Of a stretch of DNA of 64,000 bases, positions 48,318-58,000 are shown piece by piece; within the stretch, counting starts at the first letter, position 1; each line of letters begins with the position of its first letter. This stretch comes from Minisyncoccota bacterium (GTDB lineage Bacteria; Patescibacteriota; Minisyncoccia; Phycocordibacterales; UBA918): positions 6,743 through 70,742 of the forward strand of contig JAIPIB010000004.1 in the NCBI GenBank assembly GCA_021734905.1, written 5' to 3'. The position numbers were made by a program, and so were the translations under genes. Under the pieces are notes generated by a model that had not been told where the DNA came from, did not search any database, and saw only the letters and a program-made list of their open reading frames with translations.

Positions 48318-48749
48318 ATGATTTTTAAGAAGGAACCAGTTGATTTTAAAACTAAAATGGACGTTGTCGCATGTTATGTTCAACATAAAGGGAAGTTCCT
48401 TTTGCTCAAGAGACAGCCCCATAAGTCGCATGGTGGGAAGTGGGGTCTTCCGGCAGGGAAGGTAGGTGTGGGGGAAAGTTACGAGAGCGCTGTCGTAAGA
48501 GAAGTATCTGAAGAGACAGGTATTGAAATTAAAAAAGAAGATTTTAAACAACTTCAAACATTGTGGGTACGGATTGAAGGTTTGGATTTTCAGTATCACA
48601 CGTTTGCAGTAGAACTTGCTTCTTTGTTAGAGATAACCCTTAGTGATGAGGAACATCAAGAGTATGTTTGGGTATCACCAGAAGAATCACTTCAAGTTGA
48701 TACGATTCATGATTTAAGAGAATGTACGAAACTGTTTTTTAGTCTCTAA
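48318..48749 (+). CDS. NUDIX hydrolase
   Basis: Nudix box GKVGVGESYESAVVREVSEETGIEI (Gx5Ex7REVxEETG). Confidence 0.8.
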   Translation: MIFKKEPVDFKTKMDVVACYVQHKGKFLLLKRQPHKSHGGKWGLPAGKVGVGESYESAVVREVSEETGIEIKKEDFKQLQTLWVRIEGLDFQYHTFAVELASLLEITLSDEEHQEYVWVSPEESLQVDTIHDLRECTKLFFSL

Positions 48750-48764
48750 ATCATTCCTTCGTGG

Positions 48765-49352
48765 TTGATTTTTTTAAGGTATACTTCGTGTATGAATATA
48801 ATTTTTCTTATCATAGTTTTTCTTCTCGGGGTTGGGACGTATGCGGGCGTTAATTATCTAAATGACAAAAACCCTGTAGACTCAAGTATCGATACTGTTG
48901 AGATGATACCTAGTGAAAAAGCTGATATAAAGGTGGCTGAGCCAGCCGAAGAGACAAAAACTACTGTGTCCAAAGGTAGCCCAACGATAGATCTAAGTAA
49001 TCAAGGGCTCGTCAAAGTCCAAGGATCTATTTTTGATAAAATAAACACGGAAGTACTCAATCTTTCAAACAATAACCTCAGTGGGTCATTGTCATCAGAG
49101 ATCGGGCACTTAAAAAATCTCCGCATTTTGGATCTCAGCAACAATAACTTCACCGGTGTGCCGGCAGAAATTGGACAACTTTCGAATCTCGAAGTGCTTG
49201 ATTTGTCAGGGAATCCAATCACCGGCCTTCCGTATGAGCTTGGAAACCTTAAGAATTTGAAAATCCTTGATCTCAGAAATACCAATTATTCAGAGCAGGA
49301 CCTCACGGTCATTAAAGCAGGACTTCCTCAAAATATTGAAATCCTTAAATGA
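48765..49352 (+). CDS. Leucine-rich-repeat protein with N-terminal TM anchor
   Basis: At least six LRR units (LNLSNNNLSGSL, LDLSNNNFTGVP, LDLSGNPITGLP, LDLRNTN...). Confidence 0.7.
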   Translation: MIFLRYTSCMNIIFLIIVFLLGVGTYAGVNYLNDKNPVDSSIDTVEMIPSEKADIKVAEPAEETKTTVSKGSPTIDLSNQGLVKVQGSIFDKINTEVLNLSNNNLSGSLSSEIGHLKNLRILDLSNNNFTGVPAEIGQLSNLEVLDLSGNPITGLPYELGNLKNLKILDLRNTNYSEQDLTVIKAGLPQNIEILK

Positions 49353-49689
49353 GAATAAGGAACACTGAAACTTACAGTTTCAGTACCCATTCAGGATAAT
49401 CTTCTTCGCTTCACTCGAAAAGATATCTCTGAATAGCTTCAGTTCCATATTGTCGTGGAGTCAGGGATCTTTCATTACATGAACGGTTCAGGTTGTATGA
49501 CCGTTTCTTCTTTTAGTATTTGTCGGGGAGCCGGGTGAGACAGTCCTGGAGGCTGTCGCAAGACCTTGAGCAGTTGTTGCGAAAGGTGTACAGCGTCTGT
49601 AAGACGGAATCCGGACCACTCCTTTCTCCGAAAGCCACAATAATCTCCCAGATTATTGGTTCAATTTGGTGTCTTTGTCCTAGTCTGGG

Positions 49690-49760
49690 TCGGGGAGCCG
49701 GGAATCGAACCCGGACCACTCGGTCCCAAACCGAGTACACTACCACTATGCTACACCCCG
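49690..49760 (-). tRNA. tRNA-Pro (anticodon TGG)
   Basis: Minus-strand cloverleaf with anticodon stem CTCGG/CCGAG and loop TTTGGGA, T-arm CCGGG-TTCGATT-CCCGG and a 3' acceptor CTCCCCG+A. One T:T mismatch in the acceptor stem (position 6:67) and a 3-bp D-stem lower the confidence. Confidence 0.65.
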
Positions 49761-49804
49761 ACCAAGACAGGGACGAGATCTAAGACCAAGACACCAAACT
49801 GAAC

Positions 49805-49841
49805 CCCAAACCGAGTACACTACCACTATGCTACACCCCGA
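49805..49841 (-). repeat. 37-bp exact duplicate of the tRNA-Pro 5' half (acceptor through anticodon loop), 44 bp upstream of the gene
   Basis: CCCAAACCGAGTACACTACCACTATGCTACACCCCGA occurs at 49725-49761 (within the tRNA) and again at 49805-49841. The tRNA 3' end (TCGGGGAGCCGGG) is also copied at 49524-49536. Confidence 0.8.
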
Positions 49842-49854
49842 TGCAGCGAGAGAA

Positions 49855-49958
49855 GTCACAAGGCTGTAATTCACTCTCGCAAATATCTTAAATCAAAGTT
49901 TACTTGGATTTAAGATATTTGCGAGAGTGAAAGTATGCTTTGCATACGCCTTGTGACT
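49855..49958. repeat. 104-bp composite palindrome (outer 11-bp and inner 23-bp perfect inverted repeats)
   Basis: Outer arms are AGTCACAAGGC...GCCTTGTGACT. Inner arms are CACTCTCGCAAATATCTTAAATC / GATTTAAGATATTTGCGAGAGTG around a 13-nt centre. Confidence 0.7.
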
Positions 49959-50175
49959 TCCGAGCAAAGAGGGAATGTATCGAGCCGTCAGGCGAGGATA
50001 CACCTCAACTTACCCAATTACGAAATCAGAATGTCTAACTTCGTGACCACGATAATACCATCCGTAGGCTAAAAATGCGAATACCAGCCCATGTGTTTGA
50101 AGAAGATTCATGAGTGTCACATTCTAGGAATTTAGTATTTTTGGATGTATTCAAAACTCTGTTACAATACCGCCG

Positions 50176-51096
50176 ATGATTACACATTATTTTAAGACAA
50201 CAGAGGATACACAGCTTTCCACATGTCCTGAACCAAGAGTTGGAATCTGGACGCATGTTGTTGCTCCGAAAGAGGAGGAGCTTGAGGCACTTTCGGAACT
50301 CTATGGACTTGATGAAACAATTATCAAGGACATTGAAGACTTTTTTGAGGTGCCCCGTTTTGAACAAGAGGGAACTGCTTCATACTTTTTTACGAGATAC
50401 CCCTATGATCTTGAAGATATTGATATTGATACAGTACCTATTCTGATCGTTCTCGGTGAAACATTTTTGATCACCATAGCAGAACAGGAAGTGCCGTTTT
50501 TAAAACCTTTTTTAGATGGGAAGAGAATTTTTTCTACAACACATAAAACAAAATTGTTTTTGGAATTTGTATCAGAACTCATGATTACTTATGAGCGTAA
50601 ACTGACACGAACACGAAAGATGGTGCTCCGAGACACGGGAAGAGTTCGATCAATTAAAGCTCGAGATATTCAGAGGCTGGTATTTTTTGAACAGGAAATC
50701 AATGAGACTATCTCAGCGCTTGTTCCAACACATGATTGGCTGAAGCAACTTACCAAAGGGAATTACATTCAGATGTTTAGTGAAGACCGCGAACTTCTTG
50801 AGGATCTTCTCATTGCGAACAATCAGTTAGTTGATTCATCAAAGTCGATTCTCAAGACAATTCAAAATATTCGTGGAGCAAGTGAATCGATCCTGACACA
50901 GAAATTGAATAGCACTATCAGAATGCTTACAGGATTGACGATTGTTCTTACTATCCCAACACTGATCTCGTCACTGTTTGGTATGAACGTACCACTTCCA
51001 TTGCAAAACAACCCATATGGCTTCTGGTTAATCATTACAATCATTGTTGTGGCGGTAGCGTTCACAATCTACTTCTTACGTAATCGTTGGATATGA
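50176..51096 (+). CDS. corA: Magnesium/cobalt transporter CorA
   Basis: 306 aa. GMN motif (FGMNVPLP) between two C-terminal TM helices, plus the CorA cytoplasmic domain. Confidence 0.85.
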   Translation: MITHYFKTTEDTQLSTCPEPRVGIWTHVVAPKEEELEALSELYGLDETIIKDIEDFFEVPRFEQEGTASYFFTRYPYDLEDIDIDTVPILIVLGETFLITIAEQEVPFLKPFLDGKRIFSTTHKTKLFLEFVSELMITYERKLTRTRKMVLRDTGRVRSIKARDIQRLVFFEQEINETISALVPTHDWLKQLTKGNYIQMFSEDRELLEDLLIANNQLVDSSKSILKTIQNIRGASESILTQKLNSTIRMLTGLTIVLTIPTLISSLFGMNVPLPLQNNPYGFWLIITIIVVAVAFTIYFLRNRWI

Positions 51097-51713
51097 ATAT
51101 AGAGAAGAAACAAATTGTATTCATTCACGGTGGAAATGCATATAGCGAGTATAAAAATTTTCTTGAATGGCTACGCGTAAAAGAAATTGAAGACCCGCTT
51201 GAAGAAGGTGTTTTTAAAAAATGGCAACCAACGTTGCGTACATCACTTTCGCAATCATATGACGTTTATTACCCAGCAATGCCGAATAGTAAAAATGCGA
51301 AGTATGAGGAGTGGAAGATATGGTTTGAGCGGCATCACGCGTTTCTCCGGGACGGCGTCACTCTCATAGGGCACTCGCTCGGGGGATACTTTTTGGCAAA
51401 GTACCTTAGTGAAGAAAAAATGCCAGTTTCGGTACACGCGCTGTATTTCCTCGCGGCACCTTTCGAGAATGATGATTTTGGTGGGGAAGATGGAGGAGAC
51501 TTTGCGTTTGATTCACAAAATCTCCATCGACTTGCTCTGCAAGTCGATGGAGTGTACATTTTTCATTCCAAAGATGACTCTGTTGTTCCATACACACACG
51601 CACTAAAGTATGCAGAAGCACTCCCCGGTGCAGAGCTTGTATCATTTGAAGATAAAAATCATTTTCTCCATGAAAAATTTCCTGAAATTATTGAACATAT
51701 TCAGAAACATTAA
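51087..51713 (+). CDS. Alpha/beta-hydrolase, YdeN/RBBP9-like serine hydrolase
   Basis: 208 aa. Nucleophile elbow GHSLGG and a Ser-Asp-His arrangement (HSKDD...NHFL). Confidence 0.7.
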   Translation: MDMNIEKKQIVFIHGGNAYSEYKNFLEWLRVKEIEDPLEEGVFKKWQPTLRTSLSQSYDVYYPAMPNSKNAKYEEWKIWFERHHAFLRDGVTLIGHSLGGYFLAKYLSEEKMPVSVHALYFLAAPFENDDFGGEDGGDFAFDSQNLHRLALQVDGVYIFHSKDDSVVPYTHALKYAEALPGAELVSFEDKNHFLHEKFPEIIEHIQKH

Positions 51714-52510
51714 TCTTCCTTAGAAGATTTGTCACCCAAAATATTTGTTGATTCCCCGTACTCACCTTGGGTTTTTTTCCAGAGGAGCTCAAATATTTGT
51801 TGCATTGCATGGGCAAATTCAGTGCTTTCAATAATAATTGCTTGCTTGGAGTGCATAATGACGATACGGACACCCCACCCAAACATTTCAAAAGAACAGT
51901 CTGCACTATAAATTGATTCAGGGAGGAATTTTGCATTGATACTCCCTACCGAAGTACCAAAAAATCTTTTATAAGGCTGTAGGTCTTTGTCGTCGGGGGT
52001 GAACCCACGCACGCTGATGTTGAGTTTTATTTTTGCTTCATTCCATGGGATAAAGACCTCGTTGTGTACTTCTTGTTCAATATCGCGCGCTCGAGCAAAA
52101 AACCCAACAATCTCCGTACCTTCAAAATCCTTTAACTTATATTCATAAGCTTGTTTGAGTCCTGCAGTTCCTTCAAAGTAAAGAATATTCGGCTTGTCGC
52201 TCTTCTTTCGTTGCATTGCGAGAAGTTCGGGGATTACTTTCTTTGCTTCTTTCACTCGTTGCTCCACATCCTCAACATAACTTTCGGGGGAGCGTGCTAT
52301 ATACATGCGTTTTTTCTCACCCGTCATCTGCACAATGAGTCCTTTTTCTACGAGTTCCTCCGCAATAACGTACGCAGTGGGGCGTTTAAGCCGAGATTTT
52401 TTTGCAATTTTATATGGTGTAGATGGGCCAAGTTCAAGAAGGGCAAGGTAGACGCGTGCCTCCTTTTCGGTGAGATTTAGTTTCTTCAGAGCTTGAATAA
52501 GTGGTTCCAT
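51710..52510 (-). CDS. TrmB-family transcriptional regulator
   Basis: N-terminal winged HTH (LTEKEARVYLALLELGPSTPYKIAKKSRLKRPTAYVIAEELVEKGLI), typical of TrmB. Confidence 0.65.
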   Translation of the reverse strand: MEPLIQALKKLNLTEKEARVYLALLELGPSTPYKIAKKSRLKRPTAYVIAEELVEKGLIVQMTGEKKRMYIARSPESYVEDVEQRVKEAKKVIPELLAMQRKKSDKPNILYFEGTAGLKQAYEYKLKDFEGTEIVGFFARARDIEQEVHNEVFIPWNEAKIKLNISVRGFTPDDKDLQPYKRFFGTSVGSINAKFLPESIYSADCSFEMFGWGVRIVIMHSKQAIIIESTEFAHAMQQIFELLWKKTQGEYGESTNILGDKSSKED

Positions 52511-52645
52511 AGAGCAAGTATAGCGAATATATAAAAATAGTCAATAATTTTGACAAATACAAAGTAGATATTGAATATATCTATATTTATAAACATAAAA
52601 TAAAGAATTAAGCAGATACATTCTGTTTTAAAATAGACAGTAATA

Positions 52646-52674
52646 TTGACATAGCGCAAATACTCCGGTATTAT
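52646..52674 (+). promoter_or_regulatory. Sigma-70-like promoter (TTGACA-17 bp-TATTAT) upstream of the receiver-domain gene
   Basis: Perfect -35 hexamer, 17-bp spacer and a near-consensus -10, about 90 bp before the ATG at 52767. Confidence 0.5.
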
Positions 52675-52766
52675 ATTGCACAGTTGATAAGCAAGAAATT
52701 ATCAGATCTTTCAAATCCGCGAATTTTTCGCAACCTACATGCCTGGGGGTCAAACTGGGTAAGGAG

Positions 52767-53291
52767 ATGAGCATGGAAAAGCTGAACATTCTGGTGATTG
52801 AAGACAACGTCGCCCACCAACAAGCCGCTCAGGAGCAGCTTTCTGAGCATAATCTAACAATCGTCGGTAGTTTCCCCGAGGCATTGCGAATCTTAGGATC
52901 GTACTCCTTTGTGCGAATAGGGAAAGAAGGATACACATACGAGGGAAACTTCGATGTTGTACTCACCGACATGGAAATGCCTGTTTGTCGCCTTGATAAT
53001 CTTGATCGATCTGTTGTGAAAGATATATCAGCGCCATATGGGTTAGTCCTCGCACTGCGAGCGGCTCAAGTTGGAGTTAAGTACGTTGCGATGATCACTG
53101 ATACAAATCATCACCAGGGAGCAATGAGTAACGCTCTCGATATGGTTACCGGTGCATACTGGAGCCATGGTGGCGGAATGTTTCAGATTGGTCAATCAAA
53201 AGTACTCTTTGCACATGCCGAGACTAAAGCCAACACGGAAAACGTGCGGGTAAAGCAGTGGCATGAAGCATTGAAACTTCTTCTTGGATGA
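52767..53291 (+). CDS. Stand-alone CheY-like receiver-domain protein
   Basis: ILVIEDN at the N-terminus and DVVLTDMEMP at the phospho-acceptor Asp position. No output domain is recognisable. Confidence 0.6.
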   Translation: MSMEKLNILVIEDNVAHQQAAQEQLSEHNLTIVGSFPEALRILGSYSFVRIGKEGYTYEGNFDVVLTDMEMPVCRLDNLDRSVVKDISAPYGLVLALRAAQVGVKYVAMITDTNHHQGAMSNALDMVTGAYWSHGGGMFQIGQSKVLFAHAETKANTENVRVKQWHEALKLLLG

Positions 53292-53596
53292 TTTCCACAC
53301 GCAGACCCCAGTCTGACTGCGTGTAATAAATGAATGGGACGCTCGTAGCGAAGAAAAGTACGAGCACGACAGAGGGATAAGAGACCGAAGCCCTGTCAAA
53401 AGCTTTCTGGTAGATCAGCTTAAACTACCCGTTCGCCCAAACGTGATTGGTGCATTGGCGAGTTGAGTGTTTACTCCTCCTCGCCATCTTTATACAGTTT
53501 CTGAAATTGTCGGAAACTTTTAGAGATTTGTTCTTTCACATTGAACACCGGCATACTGCCAACCGCACCCCAGGTGAGTGGGTAAAGGAGATTGGG

Positions 53597-53746
53597 ATGG
53601 ACAAACAAGAGATTATTGACCAGATCAGTATGCTGCTCGGTCAACTTCTCGCTGAATCTCGCGGGAACAAAGCGGCGATTGCGCTCATCACTGAAATGAT
53701 GAGTTTGATCGGTAAAATTTTTGATTCATTTACTTCGGGAGAATAA
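53597..53746 (+). CDS. Small ORF (49 aa) behind the conserved leader motif
   Basis: RBS TAAAGGAGATTGGG ATG, translation MDKQEIIDQISMLLGQLL... The longer upstream extension in the ORF track runs through the conserved non-coding leader and is probably not translated. Confidence 0.35.
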   Translation: MDKQEIIDQISMLLGQLLAESRGNKAAIALITEMMSLIGKIFDSFTSGE

Positions 53747-53748
53747 AA

Positions 53749-54120
53749 ATGGAAAAGATTCTCGTTGTGGACGACGAAGCACCGATGCTTGATGGGTTGC
53801 TTCGCGTTTCAGGGTTTGAGATTGTTTTTGCCGAAAATGAAAAACAGGCAAGGGCAGTGCTCGAGACGCAACAGATTTCCATCATACTTATGGATGGGAA
53901 TCTTGATCCAGGGAATGATCTCTGGGGGCGCGATGTAGTGAAGCGCCTGCGTTCGTCTGGGTACACACTTCTGATTTGCATGTTTAGCTCCGATAAGGGG
54001 ATGAATGTGGAAGGTGTGGAAGCTGGGGCAGATTCGTCGTTCAAGAAAGACTGGAATGATGATGAAATGTCCGAGCGACTCGGTGAGCATCTCAAAACTT
54101 TGATGCGGGGATCCCAGTGA
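53749..54120 (+). CDS. Stand-alone CheY-like receiver-domain protein
   Basis: 123 aa. ILVVDDE, the phospho-acceptor-position Asp (IILMDGNLDPG) and a conserved K region. Confidence 0.65.
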   Translation: MEKILVVDDEAPMLDGLLRVSGFEIVFAENEKQARAVLETQQISIILMDGNLDPGNDLWGRDVVKRLRSSGYTLLICMFSSDKGMNVEGVEAGADSSFKKDWNDDEMSERLGEHLKTLMRGSQ

Positions 54121-54280
54121 AAAAATAATCTGGGGCGAGACCGTGGTGGAAACAAAAAACGTTTCCACCTTCTTATCAGGATTTTAAATTAAAGTTTGAA
54201 ATTCTGTAGGGATAGTTCTTTTACATTAAACATCGGCATATTGCCAACTGCACCTCGGGCACAGGGGTAAGGAGACGAGT

Positions 54281-54538
54281 ATGAGTACAACGTACTGGCG
54301 TGAAAATACTCTTGTTCGCCACAAGGGAGAGATCGTCTCCGTGCAGAAAAATGGAGATGACCGCCGCGAACTAGACAATGTATCGTCTGGAGACCGTCGT
54401 TCCCGTCAAATCGGGAAGAGGCACTGGCTCCGCAAGGAATCTAATGGGTGGAATTCTGGTGGTGGCTATTGGGACTATGTTTCCATGAAGCTGCCTGGCA
54501 AACCAGAACGAAACCTACGGAGACCTGTAGACAGCTAG
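54281..54538 (+). CDS. Hypothetical small basic protein behind the second copy of the leader motif
   Basis: 85 aa. RBS GGGGTAAGGAGACGAGT ATG. The leader is about 80% identical to the one preceding the 53597 ORF. Confidence 0.3.
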   Translation: MSTTYWRENTLVRHKGEIVSVQKNGDDRRELDNVSSGDRRSRQIGKRHWLRKESNGWNSGGGYWDYVSMKLPGKPERNLRRPVDS

Positions 54539-55312
54539 GGCATGAGCGGGGATCTGGGGCAACACATAACCCTCAGGCGAGACCGCATTTCGAATGAATG
54601 GTCTGCGACGGCAGATTGCGCGGGGTTTCGAAAGATCCTCGAAGGCACAGACCAAGTTAATGTCAGAGTAACGACGTTAACCCAGTGATGGCCAATGTCA
54701 TATCTTCTCCTCGACGAGAAGATATGACCTTAGATAAACCAAAGATTTTGGGTTTATCAGGCATCGAGTCTGTGTAATTCTTCCACTATTCATACCCAAT
54801 GACCTGTAGCGGGTTCCATACATATGAATAGTTGGCGTAGCTTTTCAAGCTATGTGAGGCTGAGCGTCCTCAGTCAATTCCCAAGAGGACTTACAACCTC
54901 CTCTTGGGATCTTCATGAAGTTTCTGAAATCGTCGGAAACTTTTAGAGATTTTGTTCTTTCCAAACTAACACAAGGAGATTGCTATGTTGATCGATTCTG
55001 CTGAGGCATGGGAAGCGTGTAAGGTTCTCATGTTCATGTCTGGGGTCCTCGGGTTTGCAGTCGGGTTTTTTCTTCGCGATCGTTTCTGGGATGTAAAACA
55101 GAAAAATTCGCGACCGAAAGCAGACGTATATCAATTTCCGAAGCGAGGAAGTTAGGACCTTCCTCGGCTTTATACAGTTTCTGAATTTTCGGGAGTTGTT
55201 AGAGAGAAAGTTCATTTCAACATCAAATTTTCAAATCTGTTCAAGTTCGAAAATTGCAAAGATTTTATCTTGTCTGGTTAGTACAAGAATTAGTAATTAT
55301 AGTAAATTTATT

Positions 55313-56680
55313 ATGACAAGCTCGTATTATGTAATTGGTGCAGTACTACTCTACTTTGTCGCGCTGACTGTCGTATCGTATGTAACTGGAAAGAAACATA
55401 ACAATGCGCAGTTTATTTCTGGTGGGTACAAAATACCCGCATTGGGGACATTTTCATCATTGTTCGTGAGCACGATTGATGGTGTCGGTTTGGTCTTCCT
55501 AGTCACACTCGCGGCCTCTATCGGATTTGGTTTGTACTGGTTTGCTATCGGTATTTTTCTCACCGCCCTCCTGTTCTGTATCCAAGCACCTCGAATTAGA
55601 AAACTGAGTGAAGAGAAAAAATTTCTTAACATCACCGACTTACTTAAGTCACAGCTGGGTACAGTTACAGCGGGACTCGCCGTTATTATTGTTACGATTC
55701 TTATAGCAGCGCATTCTGCTTCACTCCTCTATATCTGTGGGCAAATATTTTCCGCAATTTTTGGTTCGACGTTGACGGTGAGCATAATCGTCACTTCGGT
55801 AGTCGTTGGAGGGTACATTTACTTTGGTGGATATAAGGCAGTCATTGCTACTGATATTGTACAATTTTTAGCAATCATTCTTTTACTCGGGGCATCATTA
55901 TTTATTGTTGATTTTCCTTCGGTTAGCTTTGCCCAGCATTCATTTCTTATGAATGATAGTCTCAGTGGTGTTTTTGGAATCATTGTTTTTTCTCTGATTA
56001 TGTTCTATACCGTTCCTGCCATATGGCAGAGGATATTTACTTCGCAGGATCTACGTTCTACGAAAAAATCGCTACTCCTGTTTGGGTTAGCGTATGTCCC
56101 CGTATACTTTGTCATAATTGTGTTAGCCCTAACACTTTTTAGCATGTTCTCAACTATTGATCCGAGTCAGTTGCTCTACACGCTTTCTAGTGGTCAGGCG
56201 AGCCCTTTCCTTGGTGTCATACTGAGTGTGTCGCTTCTTGCGTTAACAATGTCATCACTGGATACACAGGTATATATTTTCCTTTCAACAATTGCATCGA
56301 ATTGGCTCAAGATTGATAAAGAAAGTAATTCTGAAAAGTATGTATCGGTGCTTAAGGTGTTGATCGCAATTTCATTTATCCTTATGACAGTGATTGCGCT
56401 TACGATATCGAACGTTGTGTCATTTGTACTCAGCGCGTTCTCACTATTGAGTGTCTTAGCACCGGCCTTGTTTGTTGCCGTGTATAGTGAAAAAGAAAGT
56501 CGAGTACTGGATTATTCAATGGCTACAGTTACCATCTTTGGTATAGCCGTATTCTTCTACATGATGGCCAACGCGATGTTTGTCGATTTATTTACAAGCG
56601 CAATCCCGGGCCTTGCGACCATCATTGTCACCTTTGTGGGTTGGCTAGCATGGGAATTATTCGACCTAGAAGGTAATTAA
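55313..56680 (+). CDS. Sodium:solute symporter family transporter
   Basis: About 13 TM helices with an SSF-like N-terminal pattern (GKKHNNAQFISGGYKIPALG). The start is taken at MTSSYYVIG; the ORF track start is 39 codons upstream. Confidence 0.7.
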   Translation: MTSSYYVIGAVLLYFVALTVVSYVTGKKHNNAQFISGGYKIPALGTFSSLFVSTIDGVGLVFLVTLAASIGFGLYWFAIGIFLTALLFCIQAPRIRKLSEEKKFLNITDLLKSQLGTVTAGLAVIIVTILIAAHSASLLYICGQIFSAIFGSTLTVSIIVTSVVVGGYIYFGGYKAVIATDIVQFLAIILLLGASLFIVDFPSVSFAQHSFLMNDSLSGVFGIIVFSLIMFYTVPAIWQRIFTSQDLRSTKKSLLLFGLAYVPVYFVIIVLALTLFSMFSTIDPSQLLYTLSSGQASPFLGVILSVSLLALTMSSLDTQVYIFLSTIASNWLKIDKESNSEKYVSVLKVLIAISFILMTVIALTISNVVSFVLSAFSLLSVLAPALFVAVYSEKESRVLDYSMATVTIFGIAVFFYMMANAMFVDLFTSAIPGLATIIVTFVGWLAWELFDLEGN

Positions 56681-56714
56681 TTACTTTTCAGCTCTGACCT
56701 GATAGAGTCTTAGT

Positions 56715-57248
56715 ATGAGTGTTGTACCAAAAATAATTTTACTAGGAGGTCCTCAAGCAACGGGAAAAACTACTTTAGCCAAAGAGCTTTCGTCTCGGTT
56801 GGATGTACCTTGGATCTCAACAGACCAGATACGAACAATTTGTGGCATCATCCCTAAAGGAACGAGGTTACTGTCGGAAGAAATTGAGAACAATGAAGAG
56901 ATATGGAAAGGGGTGGAACGTTTCATCAAAAGCCCTTTCCCTTGGGAGGCTGTGATTATTGAGGGAGTAGCTGTTTTACCGCATTTTGTTTCCTCGTTAG
57001 ACATTGAGGTTAGCCCAGTCTTTATTATTGATACTGACGCGAAAAGAATTGCAGAAACAATTTATCAAAGAAGTTTACTCTCGTGGATAAATACAAAGAC
57101 AGAGGAGCAGCAGAGTAAAAAGGTTGCAGACATCATTGAGTTCAATAATTTTATAAAAAAAGAAACACAGAAATACAACCTTCCAATAATAGAAGTTTCA
57201 AAATCAAATCAAGATATTGAAAAAGTGATGGAATTGCTTGTTGGTTGA
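56715..57248 (+). CDS. P-loop NTPase / small-molecule kinase-like protein
   Basis: 177 aa. Walker A (LLGGPQATGKTT). Confidence 0.55.
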   Translation: MSVVPKIILLGGPQATGKTTLAKELSSRLDVPWISTDQIRTICGIIPKGTRLLSEEIENNEEIWKGVERFIKSPFPWEAVIIEGVAVLPHFVSSLDIEVSPVFIIDTDAKRIAETIYQRSLLSWINTKTEEQQSKKVADIIEFNNFIKKETQKYNLPIIEVSKSNQDIEKVMELLVG

Positions 57249-57440
57249 AAGTAGGAATATATACTCGCATTACCCGAGCGTGATCGCGACATTGGCGAGT
57301 TGAGTGTATTCATCTCCTCGCCATCTTTATCAAGGTTTTAACTTAGGTTGAAGGTTTGATAGAGGGTAAACAGGCGGTTCCTGGAGGGAATCGTCTGTTT
57401 TTTGCAAAAAAACAGACGCAAAAATGATATACTTGTACAT

Positions 57441-57845
57441 ATGGAACATTCGCCAAAATTTCACTCTGATAAAGAAGAATTATCGAAACCAGTACCGTAT
57501 GGAAGGGAGGCGCTTTCTGTGGAGTCAGCACTTGTTACTCAAATTGCACTTATGAGGCACATGATTCCTTCAGAATTGAGAAAATTCATGAGTCAGAGCG
57601 ACGGTGTACATGTTAGTGCAGAGGACTTCTTTTTTGAAAAATGGCAAAAAAAATATGCAATACCGTTTTCTGATTATTGCGATATCCATGCTGATGACAC
57701 AGAACTGATTGAGAGAATGCAGAATCAAGAACTTAAGCCGGAGGACATTCAGACACTTCATGGGTATTTGGAAGGCGAAGCTTTAGAAAGACCATTTTTT
57801 ACACAAGAGGAAAAAGATGAATTTATGAGGAGGAACGTCCATTAA
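57441..57845 (+). CDS. Hypothetical protein
   Basis: Start is taken at MEHSPKF. The upstream ATG of the ORF track lies inside a perfect hairpin (CGTCTGTTTTTTGCAAAAAAACAGACG). Confidence 0.35.
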   Translation: MEHSPKFHSDKEELSKPVPYGREALSVESALVTQIALMRHMIPSELRKFMSQSDGVHVSAEDFFFEKWQKKYAIPFSDYCDIHADDTELIERMQNQELKPEDIQTLHGYLEGEALERPFFTQEEKDEFMRRNVH

Positions 57846-58000
57846 ACGCGAGGATTTTTTGGATGGAGAAGAGTGTCTAGACATGATTTCCTTCCTAAAA
57901 TACCGTGTTTTTGAGTATAAAGTATGGTAATTTAAGTATTCTAGTGAATTCTGTGAAAGAAGTGGGTTTTTTCACCGTCATCGCTTATAATGGGTTCCAC

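Noticed and set aside
53447-53596. N-terminal extension of the 99 aa ORF at 53447-53746
   Set aside because: The extension runs through the conserved non-coding leader motif, which is shared with other loci in different frames. The ORF is more likely a short 49 aa ORF starting at 53597.
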